Assembly: GCA_965240325.2 (NCBI GenBank) | Contig: OZ251236.1 | Coordinates: forward strand, 1,426,001 to 1,490,000 | DNA length: 64,000 nt | DNA from: Rebecca billardiae RCC1528 | Lineage: Eukaryota; Protista; Haptophyta | Direction of reading: 5' to 3' | Shown here: piece after piece, positions 11,875-22,337 of the stretch | How positions within the stretch are numbered: position 1 is the first letter of the stretch | Layout of the letters: every line of letters begins with the position of its first letter | The notes under the pieces: model-generated | Told to the model about the DNA's origin: nothing | The model's database searches: none | Seen by the model: only the letters and a program-made list of their open reading frames with translations | Program-made: the position numbers and the translations under genes

Positions 11875-12214
11875 CTATGAGTATGACTATCATAGCCCGA
11901 ACTCGGCTGGTCCGATATCGGCCCCGAGTCCGAAGCTAGTAGTGGCTAACTAGTGCGCCGCCCAACTTTGGCAACTGCGTCAAGTGCGGCACTGCTGTCG
12001 TCACGGTCAGTTCCGACTCAGTACAGAGTACTACAAGCAGCCGAGTAGTACTGTACTACGCCCGAGTTACGCCGGAGTACGGATTTCTGTAGTCGGCAGA
12101 TTCGGGACGATGCTGGAATAATAACGGCGGAACCGTTGACGAAGATGAGAGTGACGATCCACGACTACGCTTTCACATCTGCACGACGACCGTATTGTTA
12201 AAGCATAGCGTGTG

Positions 12215-14578
12215 TTACAACGGCAGCGAGGGCGCCATCGCCTTCTTCTCGCGAATGTCTTCTCGTCGCTCACGCAGCTCGAGAAGGACGACCACCTGCA
12301 CCCCGGCAGCGGGCACAGCAGCGGAGCGCGCGTGCAGGCGCTGTCAGCACGGCGCGGGCACACCCTGTGGGCGAGCGCGCGGGGCGCATGTGCGCGTGTG
12401 AGCGTGTGCGCGCACCATCCCGATGATCGTCAAACCCGACGCGAGCGCGAGCGCAACCCACGGCAGCATGTTGGCCTTGCTGATGTACAGCTCGACCGTC
12501 CAGCGCGACGGCTTGTCCGGCGGGTACGGAATCGCGATCAGCTGCGAGTTGGGGATGATGCCCGCGTTGAAGCGACGGCGGAGCGGCGGCGCGGCCGGAT
12601 CCTCGTCCGAGCCGAGAGGCAGCCCCACCCAGAAGTCGTTGACGTAGTCGTTCGTGCGGCCGAGGCCGAAGAGCACGTACGGCGTGAGCAGCGCCGAGTG
12701 CGCCGACACGGCGAGCTGCGTGCCCGCGTACACCCGGCGCGAGCCGGCGGCCGAGTTGGACGCGAACATGAGCGAGACAGCGGGCTGGTTCACGCCGTAC
12801 GGCGGCGGGCTCGGGTCTGCAGCCTTGGTGCCGCACCAGCGCAGGCACTGGCCGCCGAGCGTCAGCACCTTGAGGAAGTACGCGTCGGACTGGAACGCGT
12901 TGCGCGCGACGGTCATCGAGGGCGAGCCGGGCGAGCCCCCGAGCAGCATGATGTCGAGGTTGCCCGTCTCGTCGACGTCAAAGAAGGCGGCGCCGTGCGC
13001 GCCCGGCGCGCCGATGGCTGCGCCCAGGTCGAAGTGGCTCGCGCCCTTGCCGCCGTCGGATCCGCCGCCGTCGCCGCCGCCATCCCCGCGGCCGCCCTCG
13101 CCGCCGCTACCGTCTGCGAGCACCACGGTGCCCTCGGCCGTCTGCCGCCAGCTCGTCGCGTCGAATGACACCGCGGCGCCCGCGCGGCGCACGTTCCGAA
13201 GCAGCAGCGTGCGCGAGGTGCCGCTCCGAGGCTCGTGCAGCCCGGCCAGCAGGTCCGGCAGGCCGTCCAGGTCGAAGTCGCCCACGCGCACGAGCGGCGG
13301 GAGCGGGAGCGGCGAGGTGGAGGGCGCGAAGCCGCCGAGCCCGTCCGGGAGCCGGCCGATCGACACGTTGGCGAGCTGCAGGCTGAAGGGCGTGCGCACG
13401 CACAGCGTCTTGGAGGGGTGCGGGCGCAGGCTGCGCGCGCCGCGGGGGCGCGCGCGATCGGGAGGGTGGGCGCGTGGGCGGGCCGCGGGGCAGACGGGGG
13501 CGCGGGGCGAGGGCTCGTCGGGCGCGAGCACCGCCGCGCCGCCCACGAGGCGTGGCGCGCACATGGTCACGCTCACGAGCGGCGGCGTGTCGGTCGCGTT
13601 GGCGTCGGTGCAGCCGGCCACAACGTCGCACTGCGGGCCAATCGCGTCAATGGTGCCGTCCGCGTCCAGGTCCGCCCACGCGAGCTGCTGCACGCCCGGC
13701 GGGAGCTCGAGCGTCGCGCTCGGCTTGAGCGCCGGCACCTTCGAGCCGGGAGGCGGGTTCAGGTGGCCGGCATGCCCGTCGCCGCGCGCGGGCCACACCT
13801 CGAGCGCGATGCGCACGCCCGGGCCCGTGCGCACGCCGGCATCCGAGCGCACCGGGACCACCAGGTCAGCGCGGCAGTCGCCGTCGATGTCCACGGCGGC
13901 GGGCGAGGGCGTGTGCGCGAGCGGGCGCGAGCCGAGCCGCGCGCTCACGCGCTCGAACTCGCCGTTGCCATTGTTCAGCCAGAACGCGCGCTCGCCTCGC
14001 CCGACGAGTGCGTCGTCGTCGTCACATCGCTCGCCGAAGAGGTCACTCGCCGGGTCGGCGTCCGCGTTGAAGACGAGTGGCTGGCCGAAGGCTGGCGGGA
14101 GGCGCACGGGCTCGCCGAAGCGCGTCGTGTGGCCCGGGATGAACGTGAGCTCCGTGCACGGGGGCGGGAGCGCAGAGCTCGCGTTGGCCGCGCGCGGCGT
14201 CGTGCTCATCACGAGCGCGTCGAGCTGCCCGTCACGGTTGAGGTCGGTCGCGACAACGTTGACGATGGCCGAGCGGCCGACGCGGACCGATGGGCCCTGA
14301 CGAAACGTGCGCGCCTCGTGGTCCCACAGCAGCACCGAGAGCGAGTCGCGCGCAGGCGGCACGACGAGCACGTCTGTGTATTGGTCCGAGTCGAAGTCGC
14401 CAAACGCCACGGGTGTCGCGTGCACGCCGTGGAGGTGCACGGCGCGGGTCACATCGTCGAGCACGTGCGTGCTGTATGCTTCCATCTCATTCACGTTGAA
14501 CGCCGCCGCCAGCTCCGGGAAGACGACCGCGGCCGCGGCCACCACCACCACCCATCCGCCGCCCGACGCGAGCGTCAT
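12215..14578 (-). CDS. ITFG1: T-cell immunomodulatory protein / LINKIN homolog (FG-GAP repeats, type I membrane protein); exons 14578-12416 and 12295-12215
   Basis: Signal peptide; AFGDFDSDQYTD, DLNRDGQLD and VGDFDLDGLPDLL FG-GAP-type motifs; DAYFLKV, PYVLFGLGRTNDYV and IIPNSQLIAIPYP..W.VELYI; TM helix plus charged tail after a GT..AG intron (12415-12296). Confidence 0.9.
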
Positions 14579-14953
14579 GGCGGATGCGGGCGGGCGCAAG
14601 CGTTGCGCTGCTTGAAAGGCGCCCAAGGCGGCGGCGGACGAAAAATCAAAAATGCACTACCGGGAATAACCGGGTGTAGAGTTTTCCGGCCGGTTCGGTA
14701 ATTTCAATTTATTCATCCGCGCGCTTTTTACTACGCGGCCGCGCGCTGTCATCATCCGCATTCATCGAGCGTTCGGACGAGCTTCTGCGCTCAGACTGCG
14801 CGCGCACAGCAAGTTGGCGCAAGTTATGGGGACGAAACGACACATAGGCCAGAATAATGAGCACTCACATTCTCAGCTAGCGGAGCGCTTGATGTCAACA
14901 GTTCTCGAGTCGGTGACTCCTAAGTCTGAGGACTGAGCCCTGACGAGGTGACG

Positions 14954-17221
14954 TCACCTCTCGTCGTGCTGCTCGTGCATCGATTCGTCGTGCGTGAGTG
15001 TGATCGACGGCTTGGTGGGTGCGGGCCCCACGCCGCTGTGCATCGCTGGGCTCTGCAGCCGCGTGCGCGCGCGGCTGTCTGCCGCCGAGACCGACGCGCC
15101 GTCGGCGGCGGCCGCCGCGCTCTGCACGTCGTCCTCCACGCCGTGCGCCGGCATCGGCGAGCGCGCGGGCGACGCGCCCGTGCTCGTCGACGACGAGGTG
15201 ACGACCAGCAGCGGCCGCGCGCGCCCGCGCGCCGCCGCGCTCGTGGGGGTGCCGTTCGCGTCGGCGAGCGGGGGCAGGGCACCGCCCGTGGTCGAGGGCG
15301 TGCTGTCCGCCGCGCTCGGCCGGTGCAGCCGCATCGGCGAGGAGCGCAGGTACGGCTTGCTCACGTACGGCGGCGGCTGGCTCGGCGGGCTCGGCTCCTG
15401 CGACGAGCCGGCGCGCGCCGAGTTTGCGGGCGACTGGCTGGCCGCGCGAGCCTCGCGCTCGAGCTGCTTCTGCCGCGTGGAGAGGAGGTAGCGGCGCGCG
15501 ACCATGAAGTTGGTGCGCGTCTTGGCCACCGCCTGGTCCGAGCGCCGCCGCGCGCTGCCCGCGGCGCTCGCCGAGCTCGGCGTGACGGGCGCGGGCGACA
15601 CGGGCGGGCGCAAGGCCATGGGCGACTCTGCCGAGGGCGGCGCGTCGCGCGTCGCCATCCGCGCGAGCTGCTCGTCCAGCTGGCCGGCGAGGTCCATCGC
15701 CAGCGAGCCGCCCAGCCGGTTGCCCAGGTCTTCGATCAGCGCCGAGACCGCCGCGTCCGCGCCCACCTCGATCGCCGCCTCGGACAGCCCCTCGTGCAGC
15801 GTCAGCATCTGGTCCATGTGCTCGCGCATCGTCGAGAGCTGCGAGGCGGACGCGCTCAGCTCGTCGTTCAGCTGGCTCACCGAGCCCTCGGCCACCATCG
15901 CGCGCGCCTCCCACTCGCGCGCGGCCTCTTTCTGCTGCGCGAGGTTCGTCTCGGCCTGCGCGCGCGGCGCGGCGGCACGAGCGCGCACCCGCGTCTCGAG
16001 TCAGCGTGGCGCGCGCGCGCGGGCGCGCGCGCGAGCGCGCGCGCGGGCGCGGGCGCGGCGTGCGGACGAGGCGGTCCGCATCAGGGCGCTGGCGGCACGC
16101 ACCGTGGTGAGCTCCTCGTTGAGCTGGCGCAGCGCGGCCTCCGCCTCGGCGTGCTGCTCGCGCAGCCGCGCGCTCAGCGCCGCGTTGTCCGCCTGCTTCG
16201 AGCTGAGCTGCGTGGCGAGCTTGGCCGAGAAGGCCTGCACCGCCTCTGCGTACGCCTGCAGCTGGTGCACCTCCGTCTGCATCGCCGTCAGCTGGCGGAG
16301 CTGCGAGCGGAGCGAGATGCGGCGGGAGTGGCGCACCTCCGCGTCGGGCCCGCCCGATGGTCCGCCCGCCGCCTCCACCTGCTGCAGCTGGCGCGAGAGC
16401 CCGCGCTCGACGAGCTGGATGAAGGAGTTGGTCTGCGCGGGCGACTGCGGAGGGGTCGGCTGCTTGGCGGCCGCCGCGCCGCTCTGCGCTGGCGGCGCCT
16501 CGGCGACGGGCGACAGGGGTCCGGCGGCGTCGGCGGACACGGCGTCCGCCTCCGCACTGGTCACGCTCATGCTCGCGCCCGCACCCCCGCCCTCGCCGCC
16601 GCCCGCGCCCGCAGCCGCCTTCGCAGCCGCGGCTGCCGCCTGCGCCTCGGCGCGCGCCGCGTCCGCCTTCTGCTTCTCGAGGTGCAGCGCCTCGTTCATC
16701 TGCTCGAGCACCTCGTTGCGGTGGGCGATGTGCTTGAGGTCGGCGCGCAGCCGCTCCTGCTCCGCCTCCGCCGTGCCCACCCGCTCCTGCAGCGTCTCGA
16801 TCTCCGCCTCGGCCGCCGACAGCTTGGCCGTCAGCACCTCGGTGTGCAGCCGGTAATCGTCGCACCGCTGCTTGAGCGCGCGGTTCTGCTCGATGAGCTC
16901 GCCGGCCGAGCGCTTGACGCCGGCGGCTGTTGCGCGCGTCGCGCCTGCGAGCGCGGGCAGGGCAGGCGGCGGCGAGCCGCCCGCGTGCGAGCGCAAACCG
17001 ACCGCGGTGCTCGGCGCGATGTAGAGCTCCCGGGCCGCACGCTGCGGCGCGAGCCGTTCGCGCTTGGTCGAGTCCGCGACGTATTTGCCGATCTCGAGCT
17101 GGTGCTGCACGTAGATCGAGCGCGCCTGAACCTCGCGAGGCTCGTCTGGGGCCGTTGGTGGCCGCGAAGCCGGTGTCGACGCGTTTCCAGAGCCGCGTCG
17201 CCTGAGGCTGTGCGGCTGCAT
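14954..17221 (-). CDS. Uncharacterised coiled-coil protein; exons 17221-16103 and 15955-14954
   Basis: Two same-frame ORFs rich in heptad E/L/Q/A runs, joined by a GTGCGT..GCGCAG intron that contains the in-frame stop. Confidence 0.7.
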
Positions 17222-17572
17222 GACGCTTGAGCGACGCACTGCCACCCTGCTGGCGACGAGCGACAAAAGGTGCAACCTGCAACGCTCGAAACGACGAATC
17301 TAAATAGCCGCAGCAACTACTAAACCAAGGCGTGTGGTGGACCCAATGTGGCTCAAAGACTGACAGGAGGCGAAAATAGCACAACACCGCTCTATATCTA
17401 GGTCCATGATATGATTCGGTTAGAGTATGACTATCAATATCTACCGTACCCGCTTTTGCCCGAAACGACGAACCCATGTATTAGAATCGCCAACGACATT
17501 TTATTCTTCTCAACCATCGGGAGCATCAGAGTGGCGGGCTTGTTCCGCACAGGGCGCGAGCGGGCGCGCGCG

Positions 17573-20500
17573 TCAAAGCAGGCGCGCGGCCGTGGACGCT
17601 GTGGCGCCGGCCCGCGCGCTCGGCCGCGGCAACGGGCCGATGAGCGAGAGCATGACGGGCACGAACGCCAGCCCCGCGAGCAGTCCGAGCAGGATCGCGC
17701 CCCAAACGAGCACGAAGAAGGTGCGGAACACGGGCGAGTGGCTCGCCGCGAGGAAGAGCGTGCCGAGGAGGGTCGAGCCGCCCGCGTTGAAGATCGAGAA
17801 GCCGATCGCGTCGAGCGCCTGATGCACCTTCTCCTCGCGCGTGCGCCCCGGCGCCATCACGTACGCGTGGCCGATGTGGCACGAGTAGTCGATGGCGAGC
17901 GCGAGCGCGAGCAGCAGCGACACGAGCGTGATCGTGTTGAGGGGCAGGTCCAGCAGCACCTGCGCACGGCAGGGGCGCAGGGCGTGCGCGCGCACTCAGC
18001 ACTCACTCACCACGTTCCCTCACCCGCGCACGCGCTCGGCCCGCGCCTCGCGTGCAGATCGCCGCACCATCGCGCCGAGCAGGAGCACGTCGATGCAGCC
18101 GACGGTCACTGCGCACAGCAGCGCGAGGCGCACGGGCAGGAAGAGGCAGAGGCAGCAGAAGATCGCGCCGGCGGCCTGCAGCAGATTCTTCAGCCCGAAG
18201 CGCGGCATGATGTAGTCAGCGAGCGCGAACTCGTACTTGAACGAGTACATGGCCGCGTCCACCGTCGGGCGGTACTTGTCGATCACGGCATCGAGCTTCT
18301 CATAGTTGTGCCAGGCCGCCACCAGGTTGCCGGGCATGCGCGCAGTGAGAATGAGACGGTGTGCCTGTGCATGGCGGGGATTGGGTGGGCGAGAGCGCGT
18401 GAGCATCATACTGTACCGTCAGCGCAACGCGCTGGGCTGCGGTGCGCGCGCATGGCGTGCGCGCCGGGGCGCGCGCCGGCGCGCACGCCGCACACCTCGA
18501 TCAGCCCAGGCGTGTTCCCGAGCACCACATCCTGCTCAAAGTCCTTGCCGCCCTGCACGAGGGGCACGCTGCCATCGCTGTGCGAAGCCACACCGGCCGC
18601 GCCCGAGATCGAGCGCGAGATGGCGTACTGCAGCAGCGAGACGAGGGACATGGACGCGTGCTGCGGCGCGACGGCGAGGGCTGGGCCCTCGTCCTCCTCC
18701 GCCTCGGCCGCGTCGATGTCGGCGGCGGCGGCTGTGGCAGCCGAGGCCTGCGTGCCCGCCGCCTCCACGCTCGCGCTCGAGCTGGCTTCGCGCGGTGCGG
18801 CCGCAGTCGTCAATGGGCGGCTGGCCGTCGCTGCCGGCGCAGTAGCCACGGCGGCGCTGGCGGAGTCCGCATGCTGCTCAGCCGTAGCGGGTGTTGGCGT
18901 TGGCGACGGTGCTGCAGCCTCCGCTGCCGCCTGATGCTGGTGAGCGGCCCCGCCGTGCGGCGCGCCTGCGCCCTTGCCACCGTGGGCGTGTGACCGCATC
19001 ACACGGAGCCGGCGACCAGCGCTGGCCTCTGCAGCAGAGTCCTCCACGGGCGCGGAGCCCTCTTCGCTGTCGGCACCGCCGGCGTCGGCCGCATCGACAG
19101 GCGCGTCGTCCGAGTCAGACTGAGCGGCGGCTGCGCACTTGTGCACGCCGCCGTCCTCGAGGAAGCGCTGCACGTCCTGCTTTGAGCCGAGCTGCCGCGT
19201 CTCGCCAGTCACACCGCTCACGCACTGCCTGTAGTGCGTGTACGCCTCGAGCCAGTTGGTGCGCACCGAGAAGACGAACGGCAGCGAATGCAGCTCATCG
19301 AGCATCGCGCCAATGGCCGCAACCTGCGCCGCGTCCGACACGTTGGTCTTCTGCACGACGAGCAGGTGCGCCGGGTTGCTCGAGCCCGCCCAGTACTGGT
19401 CCAGGTCGTCGACGAAGTCGAGCATCAGCGAGTGGTCCGGCAGCGTCGCGCGCATGTCCAGTCCGACGCGCAGGTGCGGGATCAGGCTGACCGCCACGCC
19501 CACCGCCGAGATCCAGCCGAGCACGACGAGCACGCGCACGGGCGTGCGCAGCAGCGTGCGCGCGTGGTGCCGCTTGAGCCAGCGCTCGACGGGCCTGGGC
19601 TTGGCACGGGGCGAGTGCAAGAAGTCGCCCGCGCCTTCCTCCACCGCGGCCGCATCCTTCGAGGCCCCTCCGACGAGCGCGGGCACGGGCGCGGGCGCGG
19701 CGCGGCGCGGCCGAAGCCGGATGCACGGCAGGCAGTCTGCGCGCCGCGCGTTGATGCGCCGCTCGTCGAGCACGATGCAGCCCGTGAAGACCGTCATCTG
19801 CAGGAAGTAAACCATGGCGATGCACAGCGCGGCGGGCGTGCAGAAGTACGCGTACGCCGGGAAATCGACCGACGCGCCCGTGAGAAACGCGCAGAAGGAG
19901 GTGAAGGACGTGACGGTGATCATCGTGCCGGCGACCCCGAGCGAGGAGCGCAGCCGCGCTGCGACAGGCTGCGAGTCGTCCGTCGCGCCGTACGCAAAGA
20001 CGATGATGATCATGTCGTCGGCAGCGACGCCGAGCAGGGTGAAGCACACGATGGGCGAGATCGGCTGCAGAGGCACGCCGAGGAGCGAGGCCAAGCCGAA
20101 GCCGGACACCATGGCCAAGCCCGTGCACACGCCGCTCACCGTGCCCAGCAGCAGCCGCGAGCGCCGGCCGTCGCACGTGGCGCCGCCGAGCGTGATGCAC
20201 ACGTAGAGCATGATGAAGAGCAGCGAGAGCGCCATCAGGTATGAATCCTGCTGCACGAATCCCTGCGCCTCCTCCTCGTTGAAGCGCGAGGACCAGTACG
20301 ACACGTGCAGCGGCTGGTCGCCCTCCGCGTTCGCGCCGTCCACCAGCGAGCGCAGCATGCGCTCAAAGGCGGCCTGCGTGCCGTCGTGGAAGGCGGGCAG
20401 GCCCTTGTCGTAGAACGCGAGGTACTGCATGGCGTGCACGCGCACAAGACCGGGCTCCTCCGCGCCGGGCAACGGCTCGACGCCGCCCAGGTCGAAGCGC

Positions 20501-21705
20501 GCCTCGTCCACTGCCTCGGAGATCGTGCGGCGCACGTGCTCGTCCGAGCGCACCGCCGATGCCGAATACGACCAGAGCTCGAGCGGCGACGAGACGACGC
20601 ACACGCGCTCGCCCATCATCGCAACGTACCGCTTGGCGCACACGTCCGCGTACGTCGCGTTCCCACCGCCAGGCAGCGGCGCGACCAGCGCGACGAGCCG
20701 CGCGTGCAGCGCGTGCAGCGCGAGCATGCTCTCGGCGGTCGCCAGGTCGCCGCCGTCCTTGCGCCTCATGATCAGGATCGACGGCTCGGGCGCAGCGCCA
20801 AACTTGTCCTCGAGCAGCGCGCGCTCGGCGGCGAGGGCGGACTGCTGCGGGATGTACAGCTTGTGCGAGTTCGTCTCGAACCGCATGAAGAAGAGGCCCT
20901 GCGCGCATGCGAGCGCCACCACCACGCCGAGCACGATCGCGGCGAGCGGCCGCGCGCTCACCGCCGAGCCCGCCGCCTCAAACACGGCGGCAACGCTCCG
21001 CTCGATCGCGTGCTGCGGCTCGCGCGCGCACGCGGACAGCCGAGCGGCAACGCTCAGCGGTGCTTGACCCGCGCCACTCGCGCTGGCTACTCGTGCCTCC
21101 TCAGTGAGCACTGGCAGGGGCGAGCTGCCGCCGCCCACCCGTGGGGCGCCGCCGTTTGTGGGAGCGGGGAGAGAGCCGTTGCCTGCCGGCCCGGCCGCGG
21201 ACGAGAGCGACGAGTCCGTCTCCTCCGTGTGCGAAGGCGTCGCGTCGCCCGGGTGGTGCGCGAACGATGCTTTCGAGATCGGGCCGAGCGCGCCCCACTC
21301 GCCGCCGATCGCCGCGCACTGCGCGCGCACGCACTCGTACATCTCGTCGCGCTCAGCCTCGCCTCCAACGAATCGGCCAAACGCATAGGCCTTTGGCTTG
21401 TCGCGCGTGGCGACGTTGAGCGCGGCGTGCGCGCCGAGGCCGAGCTTGAGCAAGCCGACGCTATCCAGCGCGAACGCGCGCACGCGCCCACCGGTGAGGA
21501 GTGACGCGCGCTGCACAAAGGCGAGGTGGCGCGTCGTCACCACCAGCAGCCCGCTGCTCACCGGGTGCAGCCGGCCGGTGCCGTCACGCAGCCGCGTGCA
21601 CGCGCGGACGGCGAGGACCGCCTCCTCCAGACCGACGCCACCGGCCACCAGCAGCGTGCGCACGTCAGAGTCATCCTGCTCCTGCGCCCCTGATCGGAAG
21701 GGCAT
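17573..21705 (-). CDS. Patched/NPC1-family sterol-sensing-domain (RND-type) membrane protein with N-terminal GRAM/PH-like domain; exons 21705-18496, 18364-18068 and 17959-17573
   Basis: SSD motif FTLLGVAADDMIII, GTMITVTSFTSFCAF, LDERR, and the C-terminal LALAIDYSCHIGHAY..IGFSIFNAGGSTLLG..SPVFRTFF..GLAFVPVMLS. An alternative in-frame ATG lies at 21786. Confidence 0.88.
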
Positions 21706-22337
21706 CGTCACGCGCGGCGCTGGAATAGCGCGTCGCGGCGCCGTGGATGGAAGCCGGTGCGGTTCCTGTTCGCGCGCGCGCTGCATTCTGGCGCCAACAC
21801 CTGGCCGGACTTTTCAGCGCGCAGACGATTTTGCGTTTCGTTCCAGACTCGGCCGGAATGGCGGGGCAGCCTCGGAGTTCCGGAGTCAAGTGATCAGTCA
21901 ACGCACGATGAGTCGATGACTCACAACAAGTTCATGATCATCGTACGTACGTACTGTCGTTAGCATACTGACTGGGCTCTGCGCACCGTTTCGGCGCGAG
22001 CCCACCGAATGATCGGAGTACGGCCTTGTCGTGAACGTGGCGGCATCCTGGACTGAGGTGACGTGCACGGTCAACCCGGCGCCATCGCGAGCCGGGCCTC
22101 ACCCGTCGGCGTCGCGGGCCGAGGCGTGAGTCACATTGATGGACGGCCCCGAAAGCCGTCCCGAGTGGTCGGTCGCAGCGCGCAGCGTGTGCGGTCAGTG
22201 CCCGCCAGCGGCCCCGTGCGCCGCGCACACCCTCGCCGCGTTGCGGCGGTGTGTGCGGCGGCGCGCGGCCAGCTGGCCGGCAGCTGCGTGCGGTGCGCTC
22301 GGCTCGAGCCAGCACCCGGCGCCAGCCGTCAACGTGC

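Noticed and set aside
15956-16102. Stop-codon readthrough or GC-donor intron in the coiled-coil gene
   Set aside because: A canonical in-phase GTGCGT donor at 16102 removes the stop.
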